A stretch of 64,000 bases of DNA from a virus (Duplodnaviria > Caudoviricetes): the IMG/VR virus record IMGVR_UViG_2654587547_000001, positions 1-64,000 of that record; one strand, given 5' to 3'. Numbering within the stretch: the first letter of the stretch is position 1; every line of letters begins with the position of its first letter. Position numbers and translations under genes: made by a program. Positions 54,974 through 64,000 of this stretch are shown here, piece by piece. The notes under the pieces are model-generated. The model ran no database searches. It had not been told where the DNA came from and saw nothing but the letters and a program-made list of their open reading frames with translations.

Positions 54974-56089
54974 TTACGAGCGACGCCACTGCCCTGATTC
55001 ATCATCGCGTAGGCGGGAACCCGCCCAAACTACCTGGCCAAGCACGCGCACCGGGTGCCCGTTCTCAAGCGGAATATCTGGATAAGCTGGATTGAAGGAC
55101 CGCGCAACCCAATGGTGGGTAAGCTTGTCGCGCGCGACGGTCTTCACGATCATCTTGCCGTCATAGTTGATCGCATAGACGCCACCAGCGGCCAAGTCGC
55201 GGATCGTCAGTTCCTCATTCGGCACGACCAGTAGGGCAGCGCCATCCCTGATGACGGGTTCCATACTGTCGCCTTTTGCATAAACCACCCGTGCTTTGCC
55301 AGAGTCGGCCCCAACTTCCCGCAGGAACGAGCGGCGAAATTGGATCACGCCAGTTTGCAGTTCGTCCTGGTTTTCGATCCCGTCGCCTGCTGCTAAGCGC
55401 ACCTCGGCCAATTCGGGGACTTTTTCGAACTTGTCGTTTGCCGCGTGCGGCTCGCCTGGCGCCACATTCGCGACCACGCCCACCTGCGTGCTGAGCCGAA
55501 TCTTAGGATCACGTTCAGCTTGGGCCGTAGTCCTACCGCCTTCCCACGCGGCAGGCAAGCCCGGAATTCGCATAGGGAATGCATCGTCAGCATGGTCCAT
55601 ATCGATCAAACCGCCTGGCGTGTGCGTGCGCAGGCTCGCCGGGGCGGCTTTCAGCACAGGGGCGGGGGTGGGGGTGGGTGCCACATTGACGCCCAACCGA
55701 AGCTGCGCGATTGCCAAGGCTAGCGCGCCCTGCAACGCGCTTAACTGCGCTGGAGGCAAGGCACGCACTTGCTCTTCAGGAATGTCGGGAAACGGCCAAG
55801 GGGCTGGCGCGGGGGAGGGGGCCGGCGCGTCTCCAGGCTGACCAACACCTTTGCGTTTTGGCCCAACGCCGTCATACAGCCACTGCGCGTTGACCCGCAG
55901 CAACGGTGCGACCTTCATGCAGGTCGCCATGTCCATGCCATTGGATCCGTTGAACCAATGCGTCGCCGCCCCAGATGAAGCGTCTGCTGCCTTCCAAATA
56001 TCCGTTTTCGTAAGGCGCGGCTCGCCCGCGTCCGAGCGACGGGCCGCTTCTTCCTCGAAGGCCTGCTTGATTCTTTCCTGAAAAGTCAT
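54974..56089 (-). CDS. cI: CI repressor (HTH + S24)
   Basis: LAAGDG, GDSMEP, IVK; C-terminal half closely similar to cI of prophage 1. Confidence 0.93.
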   Translation of the reverse strand: MTFQERIKQAFEEEAARRSDAGEPRLTKTDIWKAADASSGAATHWFNGSNGMDMATCMKVAPLLRVNAQWLYDGVGPKRKGVGQPGDAPAPSPAPAPWPFPDIPEEQVRALPPAQLSALQGALALAIAQLRLGVNVAPTPTPAPVLKAAPASLRTHTPGGLIDMDHADDAFPMRIPGLPAAWEGGRTTAQAERDPKIRLSTQVGVVANVAPGEPHAANDKFEKVPELAEVRLAAGDGIENQDELQTGVIQFRRSFLREVGADSGKARVVYAKGDSMEPVIRDGAALLVVPNEELTIRDLAAGGVYAINYDGKMIVKTVARDKLTHHWVARSFNPAYPDIPLENGHPVRVLGQVVWAGSRLRDDESGQWRRS

Positions 56090-56152
56090 CTTAGGATGCT
56101 AAACAAAAATGTTCTTAGATGGCTTGCATTTAGAATCTTAGACAACTAAGAT
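56090..56152. promoter_or_regulatory. oR operators and pR of prophage 2
   Basis: CTTAG-N4-CTAAG-like sites at 56090, 56114 and 56137; TTGCAT-17-TAAGAT. Confidence 0.8.
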
Positions 56153-56159
56153 CCTATGC

Positions 56160-56381
56160 ATGAGCGAACACAACCCTGACTCCAAATTGATCGATGCCTT
56201 CGGCGGTACTTCCAAGGTTGCGGCCATGTGCGGCCTGACCACGGGTGCTGTTTCCCAATGGCGAACCAACGGAATTCCCAAGGCGTGGCGTGAGTTCCTG
56301 CGCGTGTCCAAGCCGAAGGTGTTCAGAGAATGGGCATCGCAGCAGGCTAGCGCCGCGCCGGCGCAGCAGGAGGCGGCATGA
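56160..56381 (+). CDS. cro: Cro-like protein
   Basis: LIDAFGGTSKVAAMCGLTTGAVSQWRTNGIP. Confidence 0.9.
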   Translation: MSEHNPDSKLIDAFGGTSKVAAMCGLTTGAVSQWRTNGIPKAWREFLRVSKPKVFREWASQQASAAPAQQEAA

Positions 56382-56386
56382 CCGCA

Positions 56387-56551
56387 TCAATGCACCGTCG
56401 CGCTTTCGCGCCCGTCAGTCGCCCACGCCGTGCGGTCACGCTCGGCGCGCAGCTCGTCAAAGATATCCAGCACGGCCTTTTCGCTCGGGTCCACGAAGGT
56501 GCGGCGGGCGATGTCTTGGGCGTGCTGCAGAAGCTTTTCGGTTTCGGTCAT
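56387..56551 (-). CDS. Conserved 54-aa antisense protein (not in ORF track)
   Basis: Orthologue of 13368-13532. Confidence 0.8.
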   Translation of the reverse strand: MTETEKLLQHAQDIARRTFVDPSEKAVLDIFDELRAERDRTAWATDGRESATVH

Positions 56552-56636
56552 TTCGGGGCGCGTCGTGTTGTTGATGCGAAAAATTTTGGCCCGAAGCCAC
56601 CCTGTAATTCATCTTGTAACTCCATTGGATTTTTCA

Positions 56637-57086
56637 ATGAGCTATCCCGTTGAACAGCGGCGCTACCGCGAGCAATTCCGAATGCAACGCACGAGTGCGA
56701 GGGCGCGGGGACTGGCCTGGAATCTCACCTTTGATGAATGGCTCGAAATCTGGCAGTCATCCGGAAAGCTTGAGCAGCGCGGGCGCGGCAAGGGCAAGTA
56801 CGTCATGAGCAGGAACGGGGACATCGGGCCCTACTGCGTCGGCAACGTCTCCATTCAGTTGTTTGAACAGAACATCAGTGACGCTTACCGCAACGTTCCG
56901 GAGAAATGCGCGCCGGCGCGACTTCGCGGTCGTGGCCGTGGCTGGACTTACCAGCGGGGCGCAAAGAAACCCTTCGTGGTTGTCTCTTGCGGCAAATACA
57001 TCGGCTCGTTCATCACGGAAATCGAGGCAGTTGACGCCTACCGGCGAGCCACCGAAGCGGCCATCGCGGCCGCCTTTCCCTACTAA
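56637..57086 (+). CDS. HNH-like nuclease with an AP2-like C-terminus
   Basis: LTFDEW...MSRNGDIGPY..GNV...N; YIGSFITEIEAVDAY. Confidence 0.65.
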   Translation: MSYPVEQRRYREQFRMQRTSARARGLAWNLTFDEWLEIWQSSGKLEQRGRGKGKYVMSRNGDIGPYCVGNVSIQLFEQNISDAYRNVPEKCAPARLRGRGRGWTYQRGAKKPFVVVSCGKYIGSFITEIEAVDAYRRATEAAIAAAFPY

Positions 57087-57096
57087 GCGAAGAGAA

Positions 57097-57471
57097 ATGC
57101 ACACCCATCCCGCAGTTGTTTATGGCGCCAGTACCCCGACGGCGCCCGCCGGAAAGAGGTTCCTGCCGCCGTCGACGGTTGCCGCGTGCAGGACTTTCCG
57201 CGAAGCCGTGCGCCTCGCCTGGGACCATCGGACCCGCCCGAACATGACGCAGCGCAGCCTGGCCGAAGAGTGCGACCTGTACGCGCCTCACGTCAGCAGC
57301 TACCTGCACCCCGAACCCTTCGACGAGAAGAACCGGCCCCGGCTGAACCTTCCCGCCGACCGCATCGATGCCTTCGAAGAGGCCGTGGGCAACCACGCCA
57401 TTCGCCAGTACCTCAACCATTTGGGCCGGCTGACGATTATGGAAGAAGTCATCGCCCAGAGGGCCGCATGA
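57097..57471 (+). CDS. CII-position HTH regulator
   Basis: MTQRSLAEECDLYAPHVSSYL. Confidence 0.75.
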   Translation: MHTHPAVVYGASTPTAPAGKRFLPPSTVAACRTFREAVRLAWDHRTRPNMTQRSLAEECDLYAPHVSSYLHPEPFDEKNRPRLNLPADRIDAFEEAVGNHAIRQYLNHLGRLTIMEEVIAQRAA

Positions 57472-57647
57472 CATATGAGCAAGCCCTTGCGATTGCCAAG
57501 CGCGCCTTTGAAGAAGAGTTGCGCCGGCACAACTGGGACCGCGCAAAGGCGTACGAAGAAATGATGCTGCGCGAAGACCGGGACCCACAACTCCGTGAAG
57601 CCTTCCGTGTGGCGGGCCTGCACTACGTATTTGCCACGAGACACTGA
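57468..57647 (+). CDS. Small hypothetical protein
   Basis: ATGA-coupled ORF MTYEQALAIAK... Confidence 0.6.
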   Translation: MTYEQALAIAKRAFEEELRRHNWDRAKAYEEMMLREDRDPQLREAFRVAGLHYVFATRH

Positions 57648-57648
57648 C

Positions 57649-58059
57649 ATGCAGCGCTATCCCTTGAATCACCGCACGCGCCAGCGCGCCCACCGCGACA
57701 TCGACGCGGCGCCGGACGGTCATTTGTTCATGCCGCCTGCTGAACCAACCGCCTCCGATGCGACCAAGCGAAAGATGTGGGCCATGCTTGGCGACATCGC
57801 GCGGCAAAAGCTGTGGCCCGTCAACGGCACGCCGCGGCGCCTGAAGGACAAGCAGTGGAAGGACATCTTCACCGCTGCACTGTCCCAAGAAAGCCTGACG
57901 GCCGAGGGCCTGTACGGCGGCGAAGTCCTGCTGGGTGAACACACCAGCGGCATGAGCCAGCGCAAGATGGGCGACCTGATCGAACTCATGTACGCCTGGG
58001 GCGCCAACAACGGCGTCGTCTGGTCCGAGAAGATCGACGTGCCGGAATGGGTGCGCTGA
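57649..58059 (+). CDS. ninB: NinB-family protein
   Basis: KMWAMLGDIARQ...TSGMSQRKMGDLIE. Confidence 0.85.
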   Translation: MQRYPLNHRTRQRAHRDIDAAPDGHLFMPPAEPTASDATKRKMWAMLGDIARQKLWPVNGTPRRLKDKQWKDIFTAALSQESLTAEGLYGGEVLLGEHTSGMSQRKMGDLIELMYAWGANNGVVWSEKIDVPEWVR

Positions 58060-58457
58060 TGCTGCGCCGCTCCGAACTCAAGCGCAAGACGCCCATGTCA
58101 AGGGTGTCGCGGGTGTCGACCCCCCTGTCGAGGTCCCCCATCAAGCGCCGCTCGCCCAAGAAGCGCGCCGGCCACGAACCCAAGTACCTGGCCGCGTGCA
58201 AAGGCGAATGCTGCTACCTGCGCTTCCCCGGCTGCCGCAGCTATCCCGAAGACCCCACGGTCGTGCCCGCCCATCAGAACGAAGGGAAGGGCATGGGCCT
58301 GAAGGTCCACGACCGCTTTTCCGTTCCTGCCTGCCACTTCTGCCACGCGCTCTACGACCAGAGCGGGACCGACCGAGAAATCAAGCGCGCCACGTTCGAC
58401 TGGGCATACACCCGGTGGGTGCCCGTGCGCGCCAGCAAATTGCAGGAGGCCGCGTAA
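58059..58457 (+). CDS. DUF1364-like nuclease-domain protein
   Basis: CYLRFPGC...TVVPAH...GKGMGLK...ACHFCH. Confidence 0.8.
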   Translation: MLRRSELKRKTPMSRVSRVSTPLSRSPIKRRSPKKRAGHEPKYLAACKGECCYLRFPGCRSYPEDPTVVPAHQNEGKGMGLKVHDRFSVPACHFCHALYDQSGTDREIKRATFDWAYTRWVPVRASKLQEAA

Positions 58458-59158
58458 TGGCTGGCGATTGGATCAAGATGCGCGTCGACCTTCCGACGCA
58501 TCCGAAAGTTGTCCGCATGGCGTCCGCTTGCAAAGCGGACAGATTGCGCGTCGTTGGCGGACTTTTGTCCGCTTGGAGTCTTTTCGATGTCCATTCCGTT
58601 GGTGGACAGCTTGAAGGTTACAGCCCGGAAGTTCTGGACGAGACGATCGGATTCCCCGGATTTGCGCACGCCATGATTGCCGTCGGCTGGCTCGAATTTG
58701 ACGGTTCTTCCCTATGGATGCCTCGCTTTGAAGAGCATAACGGCCAGTCTGCCAAGAAGCGCGCACAGGACGCAGACAGGAAGCGAAACGACCGAAATTC
58801 GTCCGCTCCAGAAGCGGACAAAAAGCGGACTAGAGAAGAGAAGAGAAGAGAAGAAGAAAAGAACCCCCATAACCCCCGTTCCGGGGCAGAGGGCTGGTCG
58901 CTGCCGGACTGGGTTCCTGCTGAACCCTGGGGGCAATTCGAAGAAATGCGGCGGCGGAAGAAAAAGCCGATGACCGACGCGGCCCGCAAACTGGCCGTGA
59001 CCAAGCTGGACACCCTGCGCAGTGCTGGCCACGACGTGGCAACGATGCTCGACCAGACCATCCTGCACGCCTGGGACACGTTCTATGCCCCGAAGACGAA
59101 CGACGGGCCGTCGCAAGGCGCCTTGGGCAGTGACCAACCGTGGACGGGGGCAGTGTGA
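58457..59158 (+). CDS. Phage replication initiator
   Basis: MAGDWIKMRVDL..HPKV; contains GTCCGC/GCGGAC iteron-like repeats (58511-58572, 58801-58830) and an AG-rich run. Confidence 0.8.
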   Translation: MAGDWIKMRVDLPTHPKVVRMASACKADRLRVVGGLLSAWSLFDVHSVGGQLEGYSPEVLDETIGFPGFAHAMIAVGWLEFDGSSLWMPRFEEHNGQSAKKRAQDADRKRNDRNSSAPEADKKRTREEKRREEEKNPHNPRSGAEGWSLPDWVPAEPWGQFEEMRRRKKKPMTDAARKLAVTKLDTLRSAGHDVATMLDQTILHAWDTFYAPKTNDGPSQGALGSDQPWTGAV

Positions 59159-59526
59159 TCGGCCATCAATCGCTCATCGCTGCCCGCATGTCGGGCTTCC
59201 AGCCTGCCGACGTCTGGCTGACCTGCGTGTCGTCCGAACCCGCCTACGGCAGCTTCACCCACCCAGAGGCGCAGCTTGGCCGCATGGTCAACGGGCGGTG
59301 GGTCGGCTTCCCCGAAATCCACGTGCGCGACGACGAGAACGCCATGGCGCTGGACCTGCGCGTCTGCGTCGGCCTGGTGGTCCACGTCATGGCGCCGAGC
59401 CGCCGCCGCGCGCTGCAACTGATGCGCCGGGTGTCGGAGTGCGATCCGGCCAAGATCATCGCATCCGGCCCGTGGGGCCTGGTCATCTGGCACCCGGCGC
59501 AAGAAACCCAGGAGTTCCCCGCATGA
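59155..59526 (+). CDS. Hypothetical replication-region protein
   Basis: GTGA/ATGA-coupled ORF. Confidence 0.7.
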   Translation: MIGHQSLIAARMSGFQPADVWLTCVSSEPAYGSFTHPEAQLGRMVNGRWVGFPEIHVRDDENAMALDLRVCVGLVVHVMAPSRRRALQLMRRVSECDPAKIIASGPWGLVIWHPAQETQEFPA

Positions 59527-60464
59527 GCCAGATCCTTTCCGCTGACGACATCGACTTTCAGGCGTACATGGAGGCCACCGAGCCGCAGGCCAAGGTGCTG
59601 GCGGCCGAGGCATGGCGCGACGATCTGGCGCGCGCCGTCGAACACGGCGAGCAGATCACCGGGGCCAAGTTGCCATGGGCCAAGACGCACGACCTGCTGC
59701 GTTTCCGGGCCGGCGAGGTCACGCTGTGGCAGGGCATCAATGGCCACGGAAAAAGCGAACTGCTGGGCCAGGCCTGCATAGGCTTCGCCACCCAGGACGA
59801 GCGCGTGTGCATCGCCTCGTTCGAAATGAAACCGCAGTCCACGCTCAAGCGCATGTTGCGCCAAACCGCGATGAACGCCCGCCCCAGCGTTCAGGCGGTA
59901 GACCGGCTCATCGATTGGTCGCGTGATCGCCTCTGGTTGTACGACCAGCAGGGCACCGTCAAGCCCGCGATGCTCTACGCCGTGGCGCGGTACTGCGCAG
60001 ACCGCCTGAAGGTCCGCCACATGGTCATCGACAGCCTCATGAAATGCGTGCGTGGCGAGGATGACTACAACGGCCAGAAGGATTTCGTGGACACGCTCTG
60101 CACGCTGGCGCGCGACCTGGGCATGCACATCCACTTGGTGCACCACGCCAAGAAGGGCGAGAACGAAGACGCCGTGCCGGGCAAGTTCTCCGCCAAGGGC
60201 TCGGGCGCCATCGTCGACCAGGTAGACCAGATGCTGACCGTGTGGCGCAACAAAAAAAAGGAACGCATGGTTGAAGCCGAACTGCGCCTGAACGGCGAGG
60301 CCTCTGCCGAACTGCTGGACCTGCCCGACGCAATGCTCATCTGCGACAAGAACCGACACGGCGAGTGGGAAGGGCGCATCAACCTCTGGCGCCACGCCGA
60401 CAGCCTGCAATTCACCAGCGACAAACGTCGCCAACCCATTGACATGATCGGAGCATTGGCATGA
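59523..60464 (+). CDS. DnaB/T7-gp4-type helicase domain protein
   Basis: GINGHGKS; SFEM; VIDSL; HLVHH; KNRHG. Confidence 0.88.
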   Translation: MSQILSADDIDFQAYMEATEPQAKVLAAEAWRDDLARAVEHGEQITGAKLPWAKTHDLLRFRAGEVTLWQGINGHGKSELLGQACIGFATQDERVCIASFEMKPQSTLKRMLRQTAMNARPSVQAVDRLIDWSRDRLWLYDQQGTVKPAMLYAVARYCADRLKVRHMVIDSLMKCVRGEDDYNGQKDFVDTLCTLARDLGMHIHLVHHAKKGENEDAVPGKFSAKGSGAIVDQVDQMLTVWRNKKKERMVEAELRLNGEASAELLDLPDAMLICDKNRHGEWEGRINLWRHADSLQFTSDKRRQPIDMIGALA

Positions 60465-61174
60465 CTACACCGAACTTGACCGCCCAGGCCGACGTGGCGA
60501 TTGACCCGATGGCTGGAACATTGCAAACAGGGCGCATCGCCTACTCGCCGGATTTCCAATCCGAGCAGCGAAATATTCACGGTTCCATTCAGGCGGCAGA
60601 CACTTACGCGCGCGCTCCGGACCCTTGGGCACGGGGTGGTGCTGAAGCGGCCCCCGATGCCTCGCCACGCCGCGCCGATGCTGGCTCTACGGTGGTGCCG
60701 GAGCCGGGCGTGAACGTCTGCATCCTGGCCCTGGACCTGGGCACAAAGCTGGGCTGGGCAGTCCGGGCGCGCGACGGCCGGATCGTGCACGGCACCGAAG
60801 CGTTCACGCCGCGCAAGTCTTGGACGCCGGGGCAGCGCTGGCTGCGCGCCCGATCGTTCCTGACTGACGTCATCGTCCGCCACCAGGTGCATGCCATCGC
60901 CTACGAGGACGTAAAGCGCCACGCCGGCACGGACGCCGCGCACGCCTATGGCGCGTTCCTGTGCCTGGTGCAGATGGTGGCCGACAGCCACCGCACGGCA
61001 CTGCTGCCCGTAGGCGTGGGCACGATCAAAAAGCATTGGACCGGCAAAGGGAACGCCGACAAGGACGCGATGAAGGCGCAGGCGAAGGTGCGCGGCTTCA
61101 GCGTGGTGGACGACAACGACGCCGACGCCCTGGCAATCCTGCACTGGGCGGTCGCACAGGAGCGTGCAGCATGA
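60461..61174 (+). CDS. RuvC-like Holliday junction resolvase
   Basis: ILALDLGTKLGWA...YEDV...TGKGNADK...DDNDADAL. Confidence 0.85.
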   Translation: MTTPNLTAQADVAIDPMAGTLQTGRIAYSPDFQSEQRNIHGSIQAADTYARAPDPWARGGAEAAPDASPRRADAGSTVVPEPGVNVCILALDLGTKLGWAVRARDGRIVHGTEAFTPRKSWTPGQRWLRARSFLTDVIVRHQVHAIAYEDVKRHAGTDAAHAYGAFLCLVQMVADSHRTALLPVGVGTIKKHWTGKGNADKDAMKAQAKVRGFSVVDDNDADALAILHWAVAQERAA

Positions 61175-61563
61175 GCAACCCGAACCAGGGCGCCGCCACC
61201 CGCGCGCGCAACGAAGAAATCGAACGCCGGCTGACGGCTGGCGAGTCGGGCCCGGCACTGGCGCGCGAGTTTGGCGTCACCCAGCCGCGCGTGCACCAAA
61301 TCGCCCGTGCTGTGCGCGAAGCACGCGGAGTTCTGAAGCCGCGCACGGGCCCGGCGCAGGTCAAGGCGACGGCCGCCACCCGCATCCAAGACCCCCGGCC
61401 GGCGCCCGCAGTCTATTTCGGGCCCGTAACCGTTGTGGCTGGCACACAGGTGGCGCCGCGCCCGTTTGCCATGTCGCCGAGCATGGCATATGCCGCGGCG
61501 CGGGCCCGCCAAGAGCAGAGACCCGTGCCCTCGCTGGCGGGCAGCCGGGAGCGCGCCGTATGA
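61171..61563 (+). CDS. HTH protein
   Basis: RNEEI...ALAREFGVTQPRVHQI. Confidence 0.75.
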   Translation: MSNPNQGAATRARNEEIERRLTAGESGPALAREFGVTQPRVHQIARAVREARGVLKPRTGPAQVKATAATRIQDPRPAPAVYFGPVTVVAGTQVAPRPFAMSPSMAYAAARARQEQRPVPSLAGSRERAV

Positions 61564-61568
61564 ACAGC

Positions 61569-61808
61569 CTAGACGTACTTGTCCGGGTCGATCGAGATCA
61601 CCAACTGCTTGGCGTCTTCCATGGCCTCGCCCTCAGTCCGTCGAACCGTGCCGGTATAGACGCTGCGGGTGCGAACGGCATCGGGGCGATTAGCGGTCAG
61701 GCAAACGTAGCCTTCAAAGCCGTCGGCGTGCTCTTCGACGCCAGGCTCACGGCTGATCAGGTCTTCATTGTTGGAACCACCGGTGAAGATCGAAACGGGA
61801 ACGGTCAT
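61569..61808 (-). CDS. Small opposite-strand accessory gene
   Basis: AGGTG RBS; 79-aa ORF filling the gap. Confidence 0.55.
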   Translation of the reverse strand: MTVPVSIFTGGSNNEDLISREPGVEEHADGFEGYVCLTANRPDAVRTRSVYTGTVRRTEGEAMEDAKQLVISIDPDKYV

Positions 61809-61867
61809 GTTGCACCTATGAACAAGTTGGGCTTTCCATCTTACCCGTGCGCAAGGGGCGTATCTCG

Positions 61868-62074
61868 ATGACCTGGGCCCGCCAATCTGAGCGCGGCGAC
61901 CCGGCCAAGCTGCTGGAGCGCCGCCAAGAACCGCCGCCTGCGCGCACCTGCGCCGGCTGCAAGGAAATCCGGCTGATCACCAGCCCATTCGGCGGCCGGC
62001 GCGTGCTGCGCTGCGCCGTGGGTGAAGAGGTCGGCCAACGTTGTTCGAAGTACGAGGAGCGCACCGCGCCATGA
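61868..62074 (+). CDS. Small Cys-rich protein
   Basis: GDPAKLLE...CAGC...C...CSKY. Confidence 0.65.
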   Translation: MTWARQSERGDPAKLLERRQEPPPARTCAGCKEIRLITSPFGGRRVLRCAVGEEVGQRCSKYEERTAP

Positions 62075-62508
62075 GCATTCCCAACCTGCTGCTGTACCGC
62101 CTCCCGGCCGATTTCCATGAACGCCTTGAAAACTGGGGCGACGTGATGCGGTCCAGCGGCGGCTATGGCGTCTCGCCGACCTACGAAATCTGCCGGATGC
62201 TGGCCAGGAAGGCCGGCAAGCTACCGCGCGGCGAAGAGCCGGAGAAGGAACTGAACGAGGACGACGCCAAGTTTATCGAGGCCGCCTGGCGCAACTCCGT
62301 CTACCGCATGCTGCACCAGCACCGCGAGATCCTGCGCGCCCACTACGTCCAGAAATCCTACTGGAAGGCGACATGCCGCGCGCAGGGCATCCGGTTGCGC
62401 GAGTACGACGACACCTTGGTGCGCGCCGTCGGCAACTTCGAAGATTTTGTTGCGCAGTACGCAATGCGGGTGCATAATCGGCGCCAAGACAACCTGACTA
62501 CCGTCTAA
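62071..62508 (+). CDS. Q-like late antiterminator
   Basis: RLENWG...ILRAHY; followed by a promoter-terminator pair. Confidence 0.7.
   Translation: MSIPNLLLYRLPADFHERLENWGDVMRSSGGYGVSPTYEICRMLARKAGKLPRGEEPEKELNEDDAKFIEAAWRNSVYRMLHQHREILRAHYVQKSYWKATCRAQGIRLREYDDTLVRAVGNFEDFVAQYAMRVHNRRQDNLTTV
62450..62478 (+). promoter_or_regulatory. pR'-like late promoter
   Basis: TTGCGC-17-CATAAT. Confidence 0.6.
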
Positions 62509-62556
62509 CGACGTGACCCGATGCCCATGGCGGGCGTCGTGCGTCCGCAAGAAACG

Positions 62557-62584
62557 AGCCCCGTGCGAAAGCCGGGGCTTTTTC
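62557..62584 (+). terminator. tR'-like terminator
   Basis: AGCCCCG(T)GC-GAAA-GCCGGGGCT-TTTT. Confidence 0.8.
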
Positions 62585-62624
62585 ATGGGCGGTTTGATAT
62601 CGTGTCGCTTCCATTTACGGGAGC

Positions 62625-62807
62625 ATGTTCATGTCGAGAGAAATCGTTCAAATCGCGACCGCCTCGCAGGGCGACGACAGCGCCACGATCGTCGTGCTGT
62701 GCAACGATCAAACCATGTGGAAAATCCACACGCACCCCGATGCACCGCCGTCATCGTGGATCGCTTTGCCACCCATCCCGCAGCAGCCGGGTGCGCAACG
62801 AGGATAA
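62625..62807 (+). CDS. Small accessory protein
   Basis: IVQIA...LCNDQTMW...WIALPPIP; has its own terminator. Confidence 0.65.
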   Translation: MFMSREIVQIATASQGDDSATIVVLCNDQTMWKIHTHPDAPPSSWIALPPIPQQPGAQRG

Positions 62808-62811
62808 AAGC

Positions 62812-62835
62812 AAGCCGCCTTCGGGCGGCTTTTTT
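62812..62835 (+). terminator. Intrinsic terminator
   Basis: AGCCGCC-TTCG-GGCGGCT-TTTTT. Confidence 0.85.
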
Positions 62836-63248
62836 GTTCCCACAGAGCAGGGGCCAGAGAGAACCGTCCGCCGGGCCGCATGGGCACCGGCAGGCAGACG
62901 TCACGCTCCGGCCTCTGCTCTGTGGGAACAGCCGCCGCAATCGACCAGCCCGCAGCGCGTCAATGGCCAACGCTGCACTCGGGGATAGCCCCGTACCTCT
63001 GGCTCCGACCGGCGCCGCCCGTTAAGCCCCTATCGGTCCAACCAGCGCACACACAGGTGCGCCAAGGGGTGGGCCCCACAACCTACAAGTACCCCCATGA
63101 GTCGCCTGAGCAGGCCTGGCGCCCGCGCAGGGGCAAATGCGCGGGACACTTCTTCCGGTCTTGTCGCCGGTGGCCAGCACGACGAGAACCGCCGCACCCA
63201 GCCCGCTGTGGCGGGTAGTCGAATGGGGGCAACCACACCGAGATTCGT

Positions 63249-63929
63249 ATGACACAGCCCAAGAAGGCGCTACCCGACTGGGAGCGCATCGAGGCGGGCT
63301 ACCGCGCGGGCGTCATGTCCCTGCGCGAGCTCGCCACCCTGCACGGAATCACCGAGGGTGCCATTCGTAAGCGTGCCAAGCGCGACGAATGGCCCCGTGA
63401 CCTGGCCGCCAAGGTCCAGGCGAAGGCCGACGATCTGGTACGCAAGGAAGAGGTACGCAAACAGGTACGCGACGAAACGATTGCGTACCGTGAGAGCGAA
63501 GCTGTGGCCATCGGTGCAAAGCTGGTGGCCGAGGTCAAGCTGTCGCACAAGACGTCACTGACGCGCATGCGCACCCTCTGCGACGCCCTGATGAACGAAA
63601 TCGAGGCCGAGACGAACAATCCCGGCCTTTTCCATGAACTGGGCGAGTTCCTGCGTGGGGAGGATGACGCGGCTGCTGATAAGCGGGCCGAAGTTTACCG
63701 GCGCGCCATATCGAGCGCGGCGCGGCTGGACGGCGCCAAGAAGCTGGCCGACATGCTGAAGGTGCTGATCCCGCTGGAGCGCGAGGCCTACGGCATTCTG
63801 CCGACGCCCCAGCAGATCAACCTGAAAACGACGCCGCGGAAGGCCGATGACCTCACCGACGAAGAGCTACTTACCCTCGCCACAGGAAGCCGCCCGCGAG
63901 CTGCTGATTCGGAGGCGGGCGAGGGCTGA
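63249..63929 (+). CDS. Terminase small subunit
   Basis: PDWERIEAGYRAGVMSLRELATLHGITEGAIRKRAKRDEW...LEREAYG. Confidence 0.85.
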   Translation: MTQPKKALPDWERIEAGYRAGVMSLRELATLHGITEGAIRKRAKRDEWPRDLAAKVQAKADDLVRKEEVRKQVRDETIAYRESEAVAIGAKLVAEVKLSHKTSLTRMRTLCDALMNEIEAETNNPGLFHELGEFLRGEDDAAADKRAEVYRRAISSAARLDGAKKLADMLKVLIPLEREAYGILPTPQQINLKTTPRKADDLTDEELLTLATGSRPRAADSEAGEG

Positions 63930-64000
63930 CATCCTCCAGTACGCCAATGCGATCGAGGTGCCCGGCCGGCCTGTGGACGAGGAAGACCCGGACACGGAGT
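63847..64000 (+). CDS. Terminase large subunit, 5' end only
   Basis: Open frame to the window end: ...QEAARELLIRRRARADILQYA... Confidence 0.55.
   Translation, partial: MTSPTKSYLPSPQEAARELLIRRRARADILQYANAIEVPGRPVDEEDPDTE

Larger units (their letters stand above)
42336..64000. mobile_element. Prophage 2, lambdoid organisation, truncated by the window end
   Basis: int/xis, early-left genes, cI/cro, replication, Q, terS and terL. Confidence 0.93.

Overview
High-GC betaproteobacterial DNA (Achromobacter/Bordetella-like, inferred from gene content) made up of two temperate prophages in tandem, joined at a duplicated 3' half of a CAT-anticodon tRNA (42336-42382). Prophage 1 (1-42382) looks complete except for its left att. 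It is a podovirus with BPP-1/epsilon15-type morphogenesis genes and has int/xis, an early-left accessory region, ERF/YqaJ/SSB, cI/cro/cII, rep/DnaB/RusA, terminase, portal, capsid, nozzle, ejection proteins, a beta-helix tailspike and a lysis cassette. Prophage 2 (42336 to beyond 64000) has a different integrase, different operators, Q-type late control and is cut off in TerL. Main observations: (1) a secreted D-glucuronyl C5-epimerase homologue divergent from the tailspike, a candidate receptor-conversion cassette; (2) the early-left proteins of both phages are in-frame mosaics of unrelated modules joined by near-identical 20-60 bp linkers; (3) a four-copy late-promoter motif, AAACGCAGAACTCTAC-N13-YAnnnT; (4) a conserved, unannotated 54-aa antisense gene between cro and cII in both phages; (5) a Cys-rich gene with a LexA box; (6) an orphan DGR-target-like DUF1566 gene; (7) structured noncoding leaders. 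All family assignments are by eye from motifs; no database searches were run.
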